Positions 44,780 through 54,076 of a stretch of 64,000 nt of DNA are shown here, one piece after another (the first letter of the stretch is position 1; each line of letters starts with the position of its first letter). The notes beneath the pieces were generated by a model. The model was given only the letters and a program-made list of their open reading frames with translations, was not told the DNA's origin and searched no databases. Source of the stretch: Acidimicrobiia bacterium (GTDB lineage: Bacteria > Actinomycetota > Acidimicrobiia > Spongiisociales > ZC4RG35); the NCBI GenBank assembly GCA_041748855.1, contig JBGTCK010000038.1, positions 14,514-78,513 on the forward strand. Reading direction: 5' to 3'. The translations under genes and the position numbers were made by a program.

Positions 44780-46495
44780 ATGCTCATCGCCGGGACGGAC
44801 GTAGGATTGGCGCCGCTGCCGCCCAGAGTAAGGACATCAACCTTGAGCACGCCATTTGAGATCTCCGACCGCCTCACCGAGCAGTTCTGTGACCTGTCTC
44901 CGATAGATGCGACCGGCGCCGGTGTCCCCGGCCGTGACCATCTGTGGGACGACACATCACCGGAAGGGCACGCGGCCAAGGCAGCTTTCTATTCCTCTGC
45001 GATTGCGGAGCTTGCACCCTACCTCGGCCATCCCGAGCAAAAGCAGGCCGTTGCAGCGCGGGTCGTCTCGGCGGCGCTGCAGGAGCTTCTCCAGCGGTTC
45101 GATGAGGGCCAATACCTCGCCGACCTGAACCATATTTTCAGCCCTCCCCAGATCTTTCGTGACATCTTCGATCTGATGGACCCGAACACCGACCACGGCT
45201 GGGAGGCAATTGTTGCGCGGCTCGGATCGATCGGAACACCGCTCGCCGGGTACCGGATGTGCCTGGAGAAAGGCATCGAGACCGGGAAGACGGCCGCACG
45301 GCGCCAGGTGGAGTCGGTGATCGAGCAGAGCCGCTCGCTGGCCTCCGGCGAATCTCGATTTCTCAAGTACGTGGAGATGGCACGCGAGACCGGCCGTGAC
45401 GTGGAGACTATCCAGGACGCGGTCGACGAGGCTCGCCGGGAATATGGCGAGCTCGCCGATTGGCTTGAAGCCACCTATTTACCGGAGGCTGCCGAGTCGG
45501 ACGCGGTCGGGAGAGAGCGGTATGTGCGCGCTGCGGACTACTTCCTTGGCATCACCATCGATCCCGAGGAGACGTACAAATGGGGGTGGGACGAGGTGCA
45601 CCGACTCCGTGCCGAGATGGAAGAGACGGCGGCTGAAATCGACGCTGACAAATCCATCGAGGAGGTCATCGAGCTGCTCGACACCGACCCCGAGCGGTCG
45701 GAGCCGTCACATGAGGCGTTTGCCGCGTTCGTGGAGAAGATCCAGGCGGACGCGGTCGAGCAATTGGCCGGGGAGCACTTCGACGTGCCCGATGAATTGC
45801 GCAAAGTCACCGTCAACATCGCACCCGGTGATGGTGCGCTCGGCGCCTGGTACCACCCGCCTTCGGAGGACATGAGCCGTCCGGGGTCGATCTGGTACGC
45901 GCCGGGCTCACGCACCGCCATCCCGGTGTGGCAGGAGGTGTCCACCGCATATCACGAGGGTTTCCCGGGCCATCACCTCCAGGTGGGGACTGCGGTGATG
46001 CTCAAAGACGAAGTGTCACGGTTTCACCGGCTATTTCTCTGGAAGTCCGGCGCCGGCGAAGGTTGGGCGCTCTACGCGGAGAGGCTAATGGATGAGCTGG
46101 GATTCTTCTCCAATCCCGAGCACCGGCTCGGGTTGTTGGCCAGCCAGCTGTTCCGGGCCACCCGGATCGTCGTCGACATCGGCACCCAGCTCGAGCTTGC
46201 GATCCCCGATGACGCTCCGCTCCATGCCGGGGAGATCTGGAACTATGGAATTGCTGTCGACTACATGGACAAGGTCGGTCTCCAGGAGAGGGATGTGGCC
46301 GAGTCCGAAGTGAAGCGTTACTTGGGCTGGTTTGGCCAGGCGATCTCCTACAAGGTCGGCGAACGAGAAATCCTGAAGATGAGAGAGGCCCGCAAGAAGA
46401 AGGATGGTGCCGATTTCGATATCCGACTCTTCCACAGAGATCTGCTCGAAGCAGGAGCCATCCGGCTCGATCAGGTTTGGGACCTGGTTGTTTGA
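44780..46495 (+). CDS. DUF885 family protein
   Basis: 571 aa with the family hallmark HEGFPGHHLQ. Confidence 0.8.
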   Translation: MLIAGTDVGLAPLPPRVRTSTLSTPFEISDRLTEQFCDLSPIDATGAGVPGRDHLWDDTSPEGHAAKAAFYSSAIAELAPYLGHPEQKQAVAARVVSAALQELLQRFDEGQYLADLNHIFSPPQIFRDIFDLMDPNTDHGWEAIVARLGSIGTPLAGYRMCLEKGIETGKTAARRQVESVIEQSRSLASGESRFLKYVEMARETGRDVETIQDAVDEARREYGELADWLEATYLPEAAESDAVGRERYVRAADYFLGITIDPEETYKWGWDEVHRLRAEMEETAAEIDADKSIEEVIELLDTDPERSEPSHEAFAAFVEKIQADAVEQLAGEHFDVPDELRKVTVNIAPGDGALGAWYHPPSEDMSRPGSIWYAPGSRTAIPVWQEVSTAYHEGFPGHHLQVGTAVMLKDEVSRFHRLFLWKSGAGEGWALYAERLMDELGFFSNPEHRLGLLASQLFRATRIVVDIGTQLELAIPDDAPLHAGEIWNYGIAVDYMDKVGLQERDVAESEVKRYLGWFGQAISYKVGEREILKMREARKKKDGADFDIRLFHRDLLEAGAIRLDQVWDLVV

Positions 46496-47097
46496 GCAAG
46501 CAGTACTTCGATTTCGAGGACACTGCCGGCAGGGACCGGTACAAGCTGTTGTCCGGTTTGATCGTGCCCCGGCCCATCGGTTGGATCGGGACCCGGAGGG
46601 CGAATGGCACCTTCAACCTCGCCCCGTTCTCGTTCTTCAATGTGGTGTCGACCGCGCCCCCGACCGTCCTCTTCAGTGGGAGCTCGCATTCCGACCGGCC
46701 CAAGGACTCCATCACCCTGGCGGAGGAGTCGGGCGAGTTCACGGTGAACATCGTCTCCGAGGAGGTGGCACAGGCGATGTCGGTGACTGCGGGGTCATTC
46801 GGCCCCGACGACGACGAGTTCGCCATCGCCGGGCTAACCGCGGTTGTGGGTACGGTGGTCGAAGCCCCGATGGTCGCCGAGTCGCCCGCCAATCTCGAGT
46901 GCCGGGTCACCAAGGTGCTCGACGTGGGTGAAGGCCTCACCCGGATCGTCGTGGGCCGGGTAGTGGCGCTCCATGTCGAAGAGTCAGTTTTAGACGGCAC
47001 ACGGATCGATGCCCGCAGTCTCCGTGCAGTGGGACGGATGTCGGGCAACAGCTACATAACCACCGAAGACGCCTTCGAACTAGAGCGGCCGGTCTAA
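46492..47097 (+). CDS. flavin reductase-like (FMN-binding split-barrel) protein
   Basis: YKLLSGLIVPRPIGWI...NLAPFSFFN. The TTG at 46492 overlaps the upstream stop (TTGA). The ORF-track start is 46477. Confidence 0.8.
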   Translation: MSKQYFDFEDTAGRDRYKLLSGLIVPRPIGWIGTRRANGTFNLAPFSFFNVVSTAPPTVLFSGSSHSDRPKDSITLAEESGEFTVNIVSEEVAQAMSVTAGSFGPDDDEFAIAGLTAVVGTVVEAPMVAESPANLECRVTKVLDVGEGLTRIVVGRVVALHVEESVLDGTRIDARSLRAVGRMSGNSYITTEDAFELERPV

Positions 47098-47120
47098 CCC
47101 TCACCTCGCACTTGCGGGCT

Positions 47121-47362
47121 TGGACTGTTCTCCCAGCGACCGGAGGGAGCCGCTGTTTCCCCGGAGGCGAAGCCGAACGGGGAAAAGGTCCCTGCCGGCC
47201 CAAAGGGGCCGGGAGGTAAAGGGGGCTGGGACTCGCCAAGTTGAGAGCGGTCGGTTACAAGCTCCGTTGGTGGGATCGCCCCACCCTCCCCTCCGACCTA
47301 AAGGTCGGAGGTACTCCCTCCGCGGGCGGAGGGAGAGTGGCAAGCGGAGGGAGAGTCGCGTC
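47121..47362 (-). repeat. mosaic hairpin-rich intergenic repeat, copy 4 (- orientation)
   Basis: The reverse complement aligns with copy 2 over nearly its full length. It fills the gap between convergent stops at 47097 and 47379. Confidence 0.85.
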
Positions 47363-47378
47363 TGGAGGTGCTCGCTGG

Positions 47379-48524
47379 CTACCGCTTGCAGTCGAACTGG
47401 AGCAGCGTCGGGTAGGGGTTGACCGCGTTGCCGTTCAGGTAGATGCCGAAGTGGAGATGCGGTGATGTGCCGCGGGCGTTGCCGCTGGTGCCGACGTACC
47501 CGAGGACCTCCCCGGCCGTCACTTTGCGGTCCTTGCCGTTGAATCCATCCATGTGGCTGCCGAGGTAACGGGCTCCGTCATCCCCATGGAGGAAGAACTG
47601 GTTGCCGCCGATCGATCCGACGATGTACTCCACGGTGCCTGAGACCGGCGCCACCACCGGCGTTCCCCTGCTAATGAACAAGTCGTTGCCTTCGTGATAG
47701 CGACCACCGGCCCGGGGAAAGCCCCAGTCGTTGAAGAAGCTGGCTGGCCCGACGGGGCAGATCCAGCTCGATCCGGACGGCACGTTGAGGCTTTGGCCCG
47801 ACCTGATCACATTGGGGTTGCTCAGGTTGTTCATGCTGACCAGCGTCGAAACGCTGGTCGCGTGGCGGGCTGCGATATCGCCGAGCCGGTCGCCGGACTT
47901 CACGGTGTAGGTGCCGGTACCGGGCGCCCCGGCGGCGACGTATCCAGGCCCATTGAGGAAAAGTCGGGCGCCGGTGTAGACGGTGTTTCCCACGATCCCG
48001 TTGGCCGTCCGGATGTCGGCCGCAGTCACGCCCTTGTACTTGGCGGCAATGCCCTCGACGGTTTCCCCGCTCTTGACTATGTGATAGTCGCCGCTGCGAT
48101 TGACTGTAGCCGGCGAGGACGCGCCGGGGGTGGTCGTCCTGGTTCCTGAAGACGACGAGCTTGCCGCCGGGACCAGGATTTCCTGGCCAATCAGGATCAG
48201 GTTCGGGTTGGCTAGCGCATTTGCATCGGCAAGGGTCCGCGCCGTGGTCCCGTAAGCGAGGGCGATCTTGCCCAGGGTCTCACCACGAGCGACTATGTGG
48301 ACCTGGTCGGTTCCGGGTATTACCAGGGTCTGGCCCGGGTAGATCAGGTTCGGGTTGGCCAGGTTGTTGGCATCGATCAGCTCGTTGAGCGAAATGCCGT
48401 TTTCCTGGGCGATGCGAGCCAGGGTGTCGCCGCGTTCGACGGTGTAGTCGAGGGAGAAGAGACCCACGAGGAGGGCGATCACGATGGCGACCACTGCTGC
48501 TCGGGCGCGACGGTTTTCAGGCAT
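47379..48524 (-). CDS. LysM-repeat (x4) M23 peptidoglycan endopeptidase
   Basis: N-terminal TM helix and four LysM repeats (Y.V..GDTL..IA...), then a C-terminal M23 domain ([22 protein letters not shown]). Confidence 0.9.
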   Translation of the reverse strand: MPENRRARAAVVAIVIALLVGLFSLDYTVERGDTLARIAQENGISLNELIDANNLANPNLIYPGQTLVIPGTDQVHIVARGETLGKIALAYGTTARTLADANALANPNLILIGQEILVPAASSSSSGTRTTTPGASSPATVNRSGDYHIVKSGETVEGIAAKYKGVTAADIRTANGIVGNTVYTGARLFLNGPGYVAAGAPGTGTYTVKSGDRLGDIAARHATSVSTLVSMNNLSNPNVIRSGQSLNVPSGSSWICPVGPASFFNDWGFPRAGGRYHEGNDLFISRGTPVVAPVSGTVEYIVGSIGGNQFFLHGDDGARYLGSHMDGFNGKDRKVTAGEVLGYVGTSGNARGTSPHLHFGIYLNGNAVNPYPTLLQFDCKR

Positions 48525-48570
48525 TGAAGGTACGCTCCTTCAGCCCCTGATCCACTCCGCCCTTAAAACA

Positions 48571-49611
48571 TTAATCCGATTTTCGCGAATTGCCAGCAAT
48601 GACGCGAAGTTGTCCACAAGCGGCGTCGATGTCCTGGCCCCTTGTGTCCCGGATGGTCACGTTGACCTTCTCGCCTTTGAGGATGGAGGCAAAGCGATCG
48701 ATTCTCGATCGGGACGATGCCTTCTCCTCGGTGAGGGGGGTCGGGTTGAGGGCGATGAGGTTGACGTGGGCGTGGAGGCGGCGGGCGATCGCAGCCAACT
48801 TGAACGCCTGGTCCTCGGTGTCGTTGACGCCGTCCATCATCGTCCATTCGATCGAAAGCCGGCGCCGCTTCTTCTCGAAGTACTCGGCAGCCGCCTCCTC
48901 GAGCATGGCTAACGGGTAACGCTTGTTGATCGGCACCAGCGAAGTGCGCAGGTCGTCGTCGGCGGCGTGGAGGCTGATCGCCAGGTAGACCGGCCACGGT
49001 TCGTCAGCAAGGCGTTTTATCCCGGGGACGATGCCAACCGTCGATACCGTGATCGACCTCGCCGAGATACCCATCACCTCCACCATCCTGCGGATTGCTT
49101 CCCGGACCCGGTTGTAGTTGGCCAGGGGCTCACCCATGCCCATGAATACGATGTTGGTGATGTGATCGGGCACTCCCGGCATCCCGACCTGGTTCAGGAA
49201 AGCCTGGGCGTATGCGACCTGAGCGACGATTTCGCCGGCCTCGAGATGTCGCTCGAAGCCGAATTGTCCGGTAGCGCAGAAGGTGCAGGCAAGGGCACAA
49301 CCCGCCTGGCTGGAGATACAAAGGGTCGCCCGCCGGGGATAACCCATGAGCACCGCTTCGATTGCAGCGCCGTCTGGTGCCCGGAAGAGCCACTTCCGAG
49401 TGGTCCCCCTGTCCGAGGACTGCTCCATCTCCACCTCGAAAGGCCAGAGGGAGTCCCCAAGCTTCTCCCTCAGGCCGGATGGGAGATTGGTCATGCTCGC
49501 ACTGTCCAACACCGGGTGCTCATAGAGCCATTCGCGCAACTGATCCACCCGGTAGGAAGGCTCGCCGTCGATCAGGGTTTGGAGCTCCTCGGGTGCTGTG
49601 AGGTAGGGCAC
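48571..49611 (-). CDS. rlmN: 23S rRNA/tRNA (adenine-C2)-methyltransferase, radical SAM
   Basis: SSQAGCALACTFCATGQ (CxxxCxxC), GMGEPLAN and a C-terminal DIDAACGQL. Confidence 0.92.
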   Translation of the reverse strand: MPYLTAPEELQTLIDGEPSYRVDQLREWLYEHPVLDSASMTNLPSGLREKLGDSLWPFEVEMEQSSDRGTTRKWLFRAPDGAAIEAVLMGYPRRATLCISSQAGCALACTFCATGQFGFERHLEAGEIVAQVAYAQAFLNQVGMPGVPDHITNIVFMGMGEPLANYNRVREAIRRMVEVMGISARSITVSTVGIVPGIKRLADEPWPVYLAISLHAADDDLRTSLVPINKRYPLAMLEEAAAEYFEKKRRRLSIEWTMMDGVNDTEDQAFKLAAIARRLHAHVNLIALNPTPLTEEKASSRSRIDRFASILKGEKVNVTIRDTRGQDIDAACGQLRVIAGNSRKSD

Positions 49612-49612
49612 C

Positions 49613-49930
49613 TCAGCGGGGGATCTGGTCGAGCCAGGAACGGGCCCTGCTGCTGCTGACCCCGGCGACGTCCGCGATCTCGTCGGGATCGGTGCCAGCG
49701 AGGTCAGCCGCGGTCGAGTATCCAGCGGCTCTTAGACGTTCTGCGTAGGTGGGGCCGATACCATTTATCGACTCGAGCTCGGCAGATACAGCGTCGTCGG
49801 GCGCGTTCTTGAAAGCGGGCGGCTCGGGCTCACGGGATACGGCCACCGAGATGAAACGGTCCCGCATTGCCCAGACCAGGGCGACGACACCGCCGACGAA
49901 ACCAACGACTTTTGCGACCTTGGACACCAT
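49613..49930 (-). CDS. small membrane-anchored helix-hairpin-helix domain protein
   Basis: 105 aa from the ATG at 49930, with an N-terminal TM helix and an INGIGPTYAERL HhH motif. The rest of the 461-aa ORF-track frame runs antisense to the LLM gene and is rejected. Confidence 0.6.
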   Translation of the reverse strand: MVSKVAKVVGFVGGVVALVWAMRDRFISVAVSREPEPPAFKNAPDDAVSAELESINGIGPTYAERLRAAGYSTAADLAGTDPDEIADVAGVSSSRARSWLDQIPR

Positions 49931-49972
49931 GTCCCTAAGGCTACCGCGATGGCCCGGCTCTACGATGGTGCC

Positions 49973-50989
49973 ATGAAACTCGACTACTACTTCCCGCCTT
50001 CGCCGCCCGACGGAGCTGTGGCTGCGTCCCGGATGGCCGAAGACCTGGGCTATGACGGATTCTTTTCGGCAGAAACCCAGTATGACCCGTTCCTGCCACT
50101 CTCCTTTGCCGCAGCTGAAACCGACCGGATCGATTTGGGCACGTCTATCGCCGTTGCGTTTCCCCGATCCCCGATGACGACTGCCATGATGGCCTGGGAC
50201 CTCGCCCGCCTTTCCCGGGGAAGGTTCGTCCTTGGCTTGGGGACCCAGATCAGGGCCCACATCACCCGCCGCTTCTCGACGGAGTGGGGTAACCCCGGGC
50301 CTCGCCTCCAGGACTACATCACCGCGATGCGCGCCATCTGGGACACGTGGCAAAACGCAACACCGCTGCGGTACAAGGGCGAGTTCTATGAATTCACCCT
50401 GATGACGCCCTTCTTCAACCCGGGGCCGATTCCCCATCCTGATATCCCGGTCTACATCGCCGGGGTCGGTCCGTGGCTCTCCCGGATGGCTGGAGAAGTG
50501 TGCGACGGCTTTTTCGTTCATCCCTTTCATACCGCCCGGTACCTGGATGAAACGGTTCTCCCCAATATGGAGCAGGGTGCTGTCGCGGCGGGGCGGCAGT
50601 TGGCCGATGTCGAGAGGGCGACCTCGGTATTCGTGATGACGGGGGAGAATCAGTCCGAGATCGAACAGGCAATGGAACCGGTGCGCCAACAGATCTCGTT
50701 TTATGCCTCCACGCCGTCTTACAACCATGTGCTCGAAGCCAACGGATGGGACTTTGGTGAGCAGCTCAACGCGATGTCCAAGCGCGGCGAGTGGGCGGAC
50801 ATGCCGTCGATAGTTCCCGACGAGGCGGTCCTCGAGGTGGGCGTCGCCGCCCCAATCGACGAACTCGCCGCTGCGATCAAGGACCGCTACGAGGGGCGGG
50901 TGCAGCGCATCGGCTTCTACGGTATCGGCTCGGGGGGATCGTTGACCGACGAACAAGTCGGCGCCGTGATGAGCGGATTGCGCGCTTAG
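49973..50989 (+). CDS. LLM-class F420-dependent oxidoreductase
   Basis: MKLDYY...LGYDGFFSAETQYDPFLPL...LGTSIAVAFPRSPM...GRFVLGLGTQ matches the luciferase-like TIGR03617-type pattern as I remember it. Confidence 0.8.
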   Translation: MKLDYYFPPSPPDGAVAASRMAEDLGYDGFFSAETQYDPFLPLSFAAAETDRIDLGTSIAVAFPRSPMTTAMMAWDLARLSRGRFVLGLGTQIRAHITRRFSTEWGNPGPRLQDYITAMRAIWDTWQNATPLRYKGEFYEFTLMTPFFNPGPIPHPDIPVYIAGVGPWLSRMAGEVCDGFFVHPFHTARYLDETVLPNMEQGAVAAGRQLADVERATSVFVMTGENQSEIEQAMEPVRQQISFYASTPSYNHVLEANGWDFGEQLNAMSKRGEWADMPSIVPDEAVLEVGVAAPIDELAAAIKDRYEGRVQRIGFYGIGSGGSLTDEQVGAVMSGLRA

Positions 50990-51435
50990 GCGTCCCAATC
51001 CTCGAGGCGGCGCCAGACGAGGCTGTTGGTGACTGTCTCACCCTTGCGTGACGTGCTTTGCGCCGACAGCAACAAGTCCTGGCCACCGTGGTGGTTTGTC
51101 GCCCATTGCATCTCTCTGACCTGGTCTGTCCCGATCCAATTCGGGAACAGGCTGACTTCCACCTCATGGACCACGGTGGTTCCCTCCAGCCGGTAGCTCC
51201 CGGCATAGTTCAGGTAGCCAGCTGCCGCGGCGGCGCGCTCGGGTTCTGGTGCGGCGGCGAGTGTGTCTCCATCGACCAGTGGACGACCGACCCGCATCAG
51301 CGTGCCCCACATTCGCCCGTCTTCGGTATAGGTGATGAGTCCGGTGGTCTCGCCCCCGAAAGGGGTGATCGGCTTGCCGTCGACGGCGGCGGTCCATTCC
51401 ACCAGCTTCCAGGTGCCAACCAGGTCTTGTGACAT
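50986..51435 (-). CDS. lipocalin-like domain protein
   Basis: The GTWKLVEW...GLITYTEDGRM pattern is typical of the lipocalin-like PF13924-type family. It starts directly after the GGT stop. Confidence 0.65.
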   Translation of the reverse strand: MSQDLVGTWKLVEWTAAVDGKPITPFGGETTGLITYTEDGRMWGTLMRVGRPLVDGDTLAAAPEPERAAAAAGYLNYAGSYRLEGTTVVHEVEVSLFPNWIGTDQVREMQWATNHHGGQDLLLSAQSTSRKGETVTNSLVWRRLEDWDA

Positions 51436-52983
51436 TCAGATCTCCAGTGCCTTCGCAGTCGAAACTCTCGGGTCCGCTGCCGCACTAGCGTTATCGGTGC
51501 GCCGGTCGATTATCGACATCGGTCCCCATCCCGGCTGCGGAGAATCTTTGGTCGTCACATGGTGTCCGAGCCCGGTCAGCGCCTCTTCGACACCGGTTCC
51601 GGGCTCCAGCGAGATTGCTGACCGATCGCCGGGGCCGTACTCGGTCATCGACCACCGTGGTGCGGCCTGGGCCGCGGCCAGGTCTTCGCTACCGACGATG
51701 GCCCTGGCGGCAAGCTGGGCGACCAGTTGCGGTTGGATTTCCCCGCCGCGAGTGCCCAGAAGCCACGATGTCCGATCGTCACGGGTCCACAAGGTGGGAG
51801 AGAGGGTATGCGCTGGACGCTTCCCCGGGCCGAGCTCGTTGGGATGGCCCGGTTCGAGGGTGAAGCCCCGGCCCCGGTCCTGAAGTAGGAACCCCGACCG
51901 GGCTGCCCCGAATGGAGAACCGGTTCCGTAGTAGTTCGAGTTGATGATCGACACCGAGAGCCCATTGCCGTCGGTGACGCACATGTAGGCAGTGCCTGAG
52001 GGAACAGCGGGCGGGGTTGGCCATGATCCTGCCCGCTCCCGGGAGACTCCCGCAGCTGCCCGGTCGAGTCGCTCATCGGAAACCAGCTCATCGGGTGGTA
52101 ACGAAAACGTGTCCGGGTCGGAGACGACTTGGTCCCGCTCCCATGCGAGGGAGCGGTGGGCCTCGATCATCAAGTGCCACCAGAGAGGGTCGGCCGAATC
52201 GTCTGGCGGATCGAGCCGGAGGAACACCGCAAGGGTGGCCGGGCCCAGGTATCCCGCGGAGTTGGGCGGGATGGTCCATGCGGTTTCCTCACCGATGGCA
52301 ACGGCCAGGGGATCGATCCACTCGTACTGGGAGCGGCCCAAGTCTTCGAACGTCACGTAAGGGCCAAGGACAGCGGCGATGTCCTCGCCGGGAACTCCGC
52401 CATAGAAGGCATCACGTCCCCCGTCGGCGATATCCCGCAGAGTGCGGGCGAGGTCGGACCTGGTCACGGTCTGGCCGGCCGCCACCGGCGTTCCCCCTGG
52501 GTACAAACCGGCGACGGCCGGGTTGTCGCCATAGACGTTTCTCATCATCGAGAAAGCACGAGATTGTTCGTCGGAAGCAGGAAAACCCTCGTCGGCCAGG
52601 CCTATTGCCGGCTCCAGGCAAGCGGCGAGGGGCAGTGACCCGAGGCGGGAGGCGAGTGCGGTGAGCCCGTCGACACATCCCGGGATCGTGACCGTCAGCG
52701 GATGGTCGGCAGGTACCCGCTCATGCCCGGCTGCGCGGAGCACATCCGCGGTGGCTGCGGAGCCCGAGCGCCCCGAGGCATTGAGGGCGATCGGTCTGGC
52801 TTCACCATTGGAGTGAATCAGGGCGAAGAGGTCGCCACCGACACCACACGTCTCGGGCGCGACCACGCCCTGGGCCGCAACGACCGCGATGGCGGCGTCG
52901 ACGGCATTGCCGCCACTGAGCAGGACGTGTCGACCGGCTTCGGCCGACAGAAAGTGTGGACTGACAACTGCCGCTTGGCTCAG
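51436..52983 (-). CDS. gamma-glutamyltransferase family protein (proposed CTG start)
   Basis: GGT-family body (ETCGVGGDLFA..., the autoprocessing-site region ...GTAYMCVTD...). The conserved N-terminal segment AAVVSPHFLSAEAGRHVLLSGGNAVDAAIA lies upstream of the first canonical start (GTG at 52866). A CTG at 52983 overlaps the upstream TGA. Confidence 0.7.
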   Translation of the reverse strand: MSQAAVVSPHFLSAEAGRHVLLSGGNAVDAAIAVVAAQGVVAPETCGVGGDLFALIHSNGEARPIALNASGRSGSAATADVLRAAGHERVPADHPLTVTIPGCVDGLTALASRLGSLPLAACLEPAIGLADEGFPASDEQSRAFSMMRNVYGDNPAVAGLYPGGTPVAAGQTVTRSDLARTLRDIADGGRDAFYGGVPGEDIAAVLGPYVTFEDLGRSQYEWIDPLAVAIGEETAWTIPPNSAGYLGPATLAVFLRLDPPDDSADPLWWHLMIEAHRSLAWERDQVVSDPDTFSLPPDELVSDERLDRAAAGVSRERAGSWPTPPAVPSGTAYMCVTDGNGLSVSIINSNYYGTGSPFGAARSGFLLQDRGRGFTLEPGHPNELGPGKRPAHTLSPTLWTRDDRTSWLLGTRGGEIQPQLVAQLAARAIVGSEDLAAAQAAPRWSMTEYGPGDRSAISLEPGTGVEEALTGLGHHVTTKDSPQPGWGPMSIIDRRTDNASAAADPRVSTAKALEI

Positions 52984-53600
52984 GGGACCCTCAGGTCGGG
53001 AAGGAGGCGGTTCAATGCGTCGAGCACCGCGCGGACGACGGCCCGGGCTTCGTCGTCTTCGACGATCGCCGCACCGATCAGCATGCGCTCCGTCGCATCG
53101 GTGACCAGGACGATTTGGGCGACGGCGATGTGACGGCCACCAAGTAAGGGGACGTCCATCGAATTCACGCCGAGAGCGGCCGACTTCTGGATCCCCTGGC
53201 GGAGGGCGTCGATGGTTGCCTCGGCAATCTGCCTCGGCCTGGTGGCAGATGAAGCTGCCCCGCTGGAGGTTCCTTTGTAGAGGCTGTCATTCCAGCGCAA
53301 GCTGACCACGACCTCGGCCCTCGACCCGTCGAGAGTTTCCCCGATGTCGACAAGCGCCGGTCGCAGTCCGCCGTCGAGGTCGCCGTCGGCGAGTTGGACG
53401 ATAGAGACCACCCGTCGGTCGATGTCCTCTCCAAACAGGGCGTGAGCAAGCGACTGCACGTCGCGGACGAGTTGTTTGGGTGGCTTGGTCTTCCTGGCGA
53501 GAACGTGGATCTCGTCGATGGCCCCGTTCGAGCCGACGACTCGAACTGCCTCGACTCCTTCGATCCGGCCGATTTTCTCCTGAAGGGCGACAGCGTCCAC
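52980..53600 (-). CDS. hypothetical protein (possible small-molecule-binding/regulatory fold)
   Basis: 206-aa ORF, GTG start, first gene of an apparent three-gene minus-strand unit with the GGT and lipocalin-like genes. No family recognised. Confidence 0.55.
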   Translation of the reverse strand: MDAVALQEKIGRIEGVEAVRVVGSNGAIDEIHVLARKTKPPKQLVRDVQSLAHALFGEDIDRRVVSIVQLADGDLDGGLRPALVDIGETLDGSRAEVVVSLRWNDSLYKGTSSGAASSATRPRQIAEATIDALRQGIQKSAALGVNSMDVPLLGGRHIAVAQIVLVTDATERMLIGAAIVEDDEARAVVRAVLDALNRLLPDLRVP

Positions 53601-54076
53601 ATGCGCAGAGTACCCATATCATCGCCGAGAACGGAACAATCGGGGACATTCCTCCTGCAAGAAGTGATTTTGGTCTTGTGCCGTCACCACAAGTTGTCTA
53701 GATTTATTCGAGCTGGAGCTTTTTCCGTGGTGGCGGTGGGATCTGTGATCGAGAGATTGCCTGTTCCGCACCCGGCGGGCGAAGTCAGGGGCCTTTTTTG
53801 ACATGTTAAAAGGTTCCCGAGAAATCGGGAGCAGAGTGGGCAAGCAACGGTGTCGAACACGACAGCAAGCAAGTAGACCCTCATCAAACCAAAGCGGAGC
53901 GGATCTTTAGACACCAGCCCCCAAGGTCGGTGAAATAACAACCGTAGGTGAGTGTCCCCCATGCGTGTGACACATTCGGAACGACTCGAGGCCACCACCT
54001 TTTGGAGGCACGTGGCCACGACGAATACTCGGATCGGCTGAGTTAAAGACACCGCTTGCCCCTCTCATCAGCCAAC

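Noticed and set aside
3151-47362. Possibility that the four dispersed repeats represent a CRISPR array or its remnants.
   Set aside because: The copies are 11-24 kb apart, 220-300 bp long and in both orientations. There is no regular repeat-spacer periodicity and no cas genes are present.
53601-54076. c-di-GMP (GEMM-I/II) riboswitch in the long leader of the HD-GYP genes.
   Set aside because: I found none of the conserved core strings I remember for these classes, only a generic GAAA-tetraloop hairpin. This needs a cmscan to be definitive, so I list it only as a check under the HD-GYP finding.
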